From an uncultured Actinomycetota bacterium (GTDB lineage Bacteria; Actinomycetota; Actinomycetes; Mycobacteriales; Micromonosporaceae), in assembly GCA_963742855.1 (NCBI GenBank), contig CAVUNP010000007.1, positions 324,448 through 348,447 on the forward strand: DNA of 24,000 nucleotides. The letters run 5' to 3'. Numbering within the stretch: position 1 is the stretch's first letter; every line of letters starts with the position of its first letter. The notes beneath the pieces were generated by a model, which made no database searches, was not told the DNA's origin, and saw nothing but the letters and a program-made list of their open reading frames with translations. This document shows positions 23,095 to 24,000 of this stretch, one piece after another. The position numbers were made by a program, and so were the translations under genes.

Positions 23095-23772
23095 GTGTCG
23101 TTCACCCCGTTCCAGCGCCTCATCGCCCAACACACCCTCGACGCGATCGCTGATCTCGGGTTCGCCCTCGGCGGCGGCCAAGCGTTGCACGCCCACGGCC
23201 TGGGTGACCGGCTCTCCCTTGACCTGGACTTCTACGTCACCCGCTTCGACCAAGACCTGTTCGACCGTGCCGAGACCGCCACCGTCACCGCCCTGCGCGA
23301 GCTTGGGTATCGGGCCGAGGTCGGGCACTCCGACACGTGGCTGCGCCAGATCATCGTCACCGACCCCGCCACCGGGGAGCAGGTCCTGCTCGACCTCGGC
23401 CAGGACTACCGCCAACACCCGCCCATCGTCATCACCGGCCTCGGCCCGGTCATCGACCTGCCCGACGCCGCCGCCTCCAAAGCCCGAGCTCTCAACGACC
23501 GGCGAGCCGTCCGCGACTACCTCGACCTGCACGCCCTGCTCACTCAACCCGGCTGGAGCCCGGCCCGCCTGTTCGCCGCGCTGCGGGACAACCTGCGGCC
23601 CGTCCTCACCGCCGACGAGTTCGCCGCCGACCTGGCCGCCGCCGGCCAACAAGACCCTGAGGACTACGACGCGTACGGCCTCACCGACACCGACATCGGC
23701 CGCCTCGCCGCCGACTTCACCCGCTGGGCCGACGAACTCCGAACCCAACACATCGACAACCATCATCAGTAA
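23095..23772 (+). CDS. AbiEii/AbiGii-type nucleotidyltransferase (type IV toxin-like, DUF1814-like)
   Basis: GTG start. 225 aa. The N-terminal FALGGGQALHAHGLGDRLSLDLDFYV fits the minimal nucleotidyltransferase motif hGG...D.D. The assignment is from recall of the family pattern, not from a search. Confidence 0.65.
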   Translation: MSFTPFQRLIAQHTLDAIADLGFALGGGQALHAHGLGDRLSLDLDFYVTRFDQDLFDRAETATVTALRELGYRAEVGHSDTWLRQIIVTDPATGEQVLLDLGQDYRQHPPIVITGLGPVIDLPDAAASKARALNDRRAVRDYLDLHALLTQPGWSPARLFAALRDNLRPVLTADEFAADLAAAGQQDPEDYDAYGLTDTDIGRLAADFTRWADELRTQHIDNHHQ

Positions 23773-23822
23773 ATCGGAGGCTGTCGATGGTGTGCCGTGG
23801 GTCACCGGCGACGTGCGCTGAG

Positions 23823-23844
23823 GTTGATGTCAGCGTTGATGTCA
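23823..23844. repeat. att-like tandem decamer S5 (GTTGATGTCA gc GTTGATGTCA); candidate attR of element 2
   Basis: Identical to S3 and differs from S4 only in the 2-nt spacer. Lies 104 nt upstream of the next handle. Confidence 0.6.
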
Positions 23845-23942
23845 AACCACCACCCCGCGCCAGCAACCACACATCGCCGTAACGGCAACAGTTGCGACTG
23901 AAAGGATCCAGGACATGAGACATCCACGACCGCCATAGCTGA

Positions 23943-24000
23943 AACCAAACCTACTATGTGGTGGCCGGCCACACGCCGGTCCTGGTCCACAACACCAACG
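23943..24000 (+). CDS. 5' end of a third orphan toxin cassette (CT4), truncated by the window edge
   Basis: The frame opens after TGA (23940-23942): NQTYYVVAGHTPVLVHN|TN... The toxin domain itself is not visible. Confidence 0.6.

Larger units (their letters stand above)
17029..23844 (+). mobile_element. small AICE-like integrative element (element 2): kor(GntR) / orf-traB-rep-xis-int / abiE-like pair
   Basis: The gene set matches the pSAM2/pMEA-type actinomycete integrative and conjugative element layout (GntR Kor, FtsK-like Tra, RepSA-like Rep, Xis, Int). Flanked by near-identical tandem decamers S4 and S5. Confidence 0.75.
23313..24000. repeat. long direct repeat, copy b (abiEii 3' part + S5 + decayed HINT sequence + handle)
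   Basis: Pairs with 15560-16247 at a 7,753-nt offset. It may continue beyond the window. Confidence 0.9.

Overview
High-GC, actinomycete-like sequence (inferred from composition and gene content). The window holds an Rhs/YD-repeat polymorphic-toxin locus interleaved with small integrative elements of the AICE type. Left to right: (1) a secreted 1,238-aa protein with two LamG domains. (2) A 2,318-aa Rhs protein ending in an RHS core, a helical pretoxin linker, a pretoxin HINT domain and a C-terminal toxin (CT1), followed by a putative immunity gene. (3) A reduced integrative module (GntR regulator, Xis, tyrosine integrase). (4) An orphan toxin cassette with a nucleic-acid deaminase signature (HAE...PCxxC) plus an immunity gene. 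(5) A 5'-truncated abiEii remnant. (6) A second orphan toxin/immunity cassette. (7) A ~6.8 kb AICE-like element: GntR, small ORF, FtsK/TraB-like translocase, RepSA-like initiator, Xis, integrase with a frameshifted C-terminus, and an AbiE-like antitoxin/nucleotidyltransferase pair. (8) The start of a third orphan cassette, which runs off the window. Main observation: every toxin-cassette junction is occupied by an integrase module or its scar. Each module is bounded by the same tandem decamer (GTTGATGTCA nn GTTGATGTCA, or the GTTGCGGTCA variant), which on the right side lies about 100 nt upstream of the conserved HTYYV.AG.TPVLVHN handle of the next cassette. This suggests that site-specific recombination is coupled to Rhs toxin-tip acquisition or turnover. 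All alignments were done by eye and no database searches were possible.
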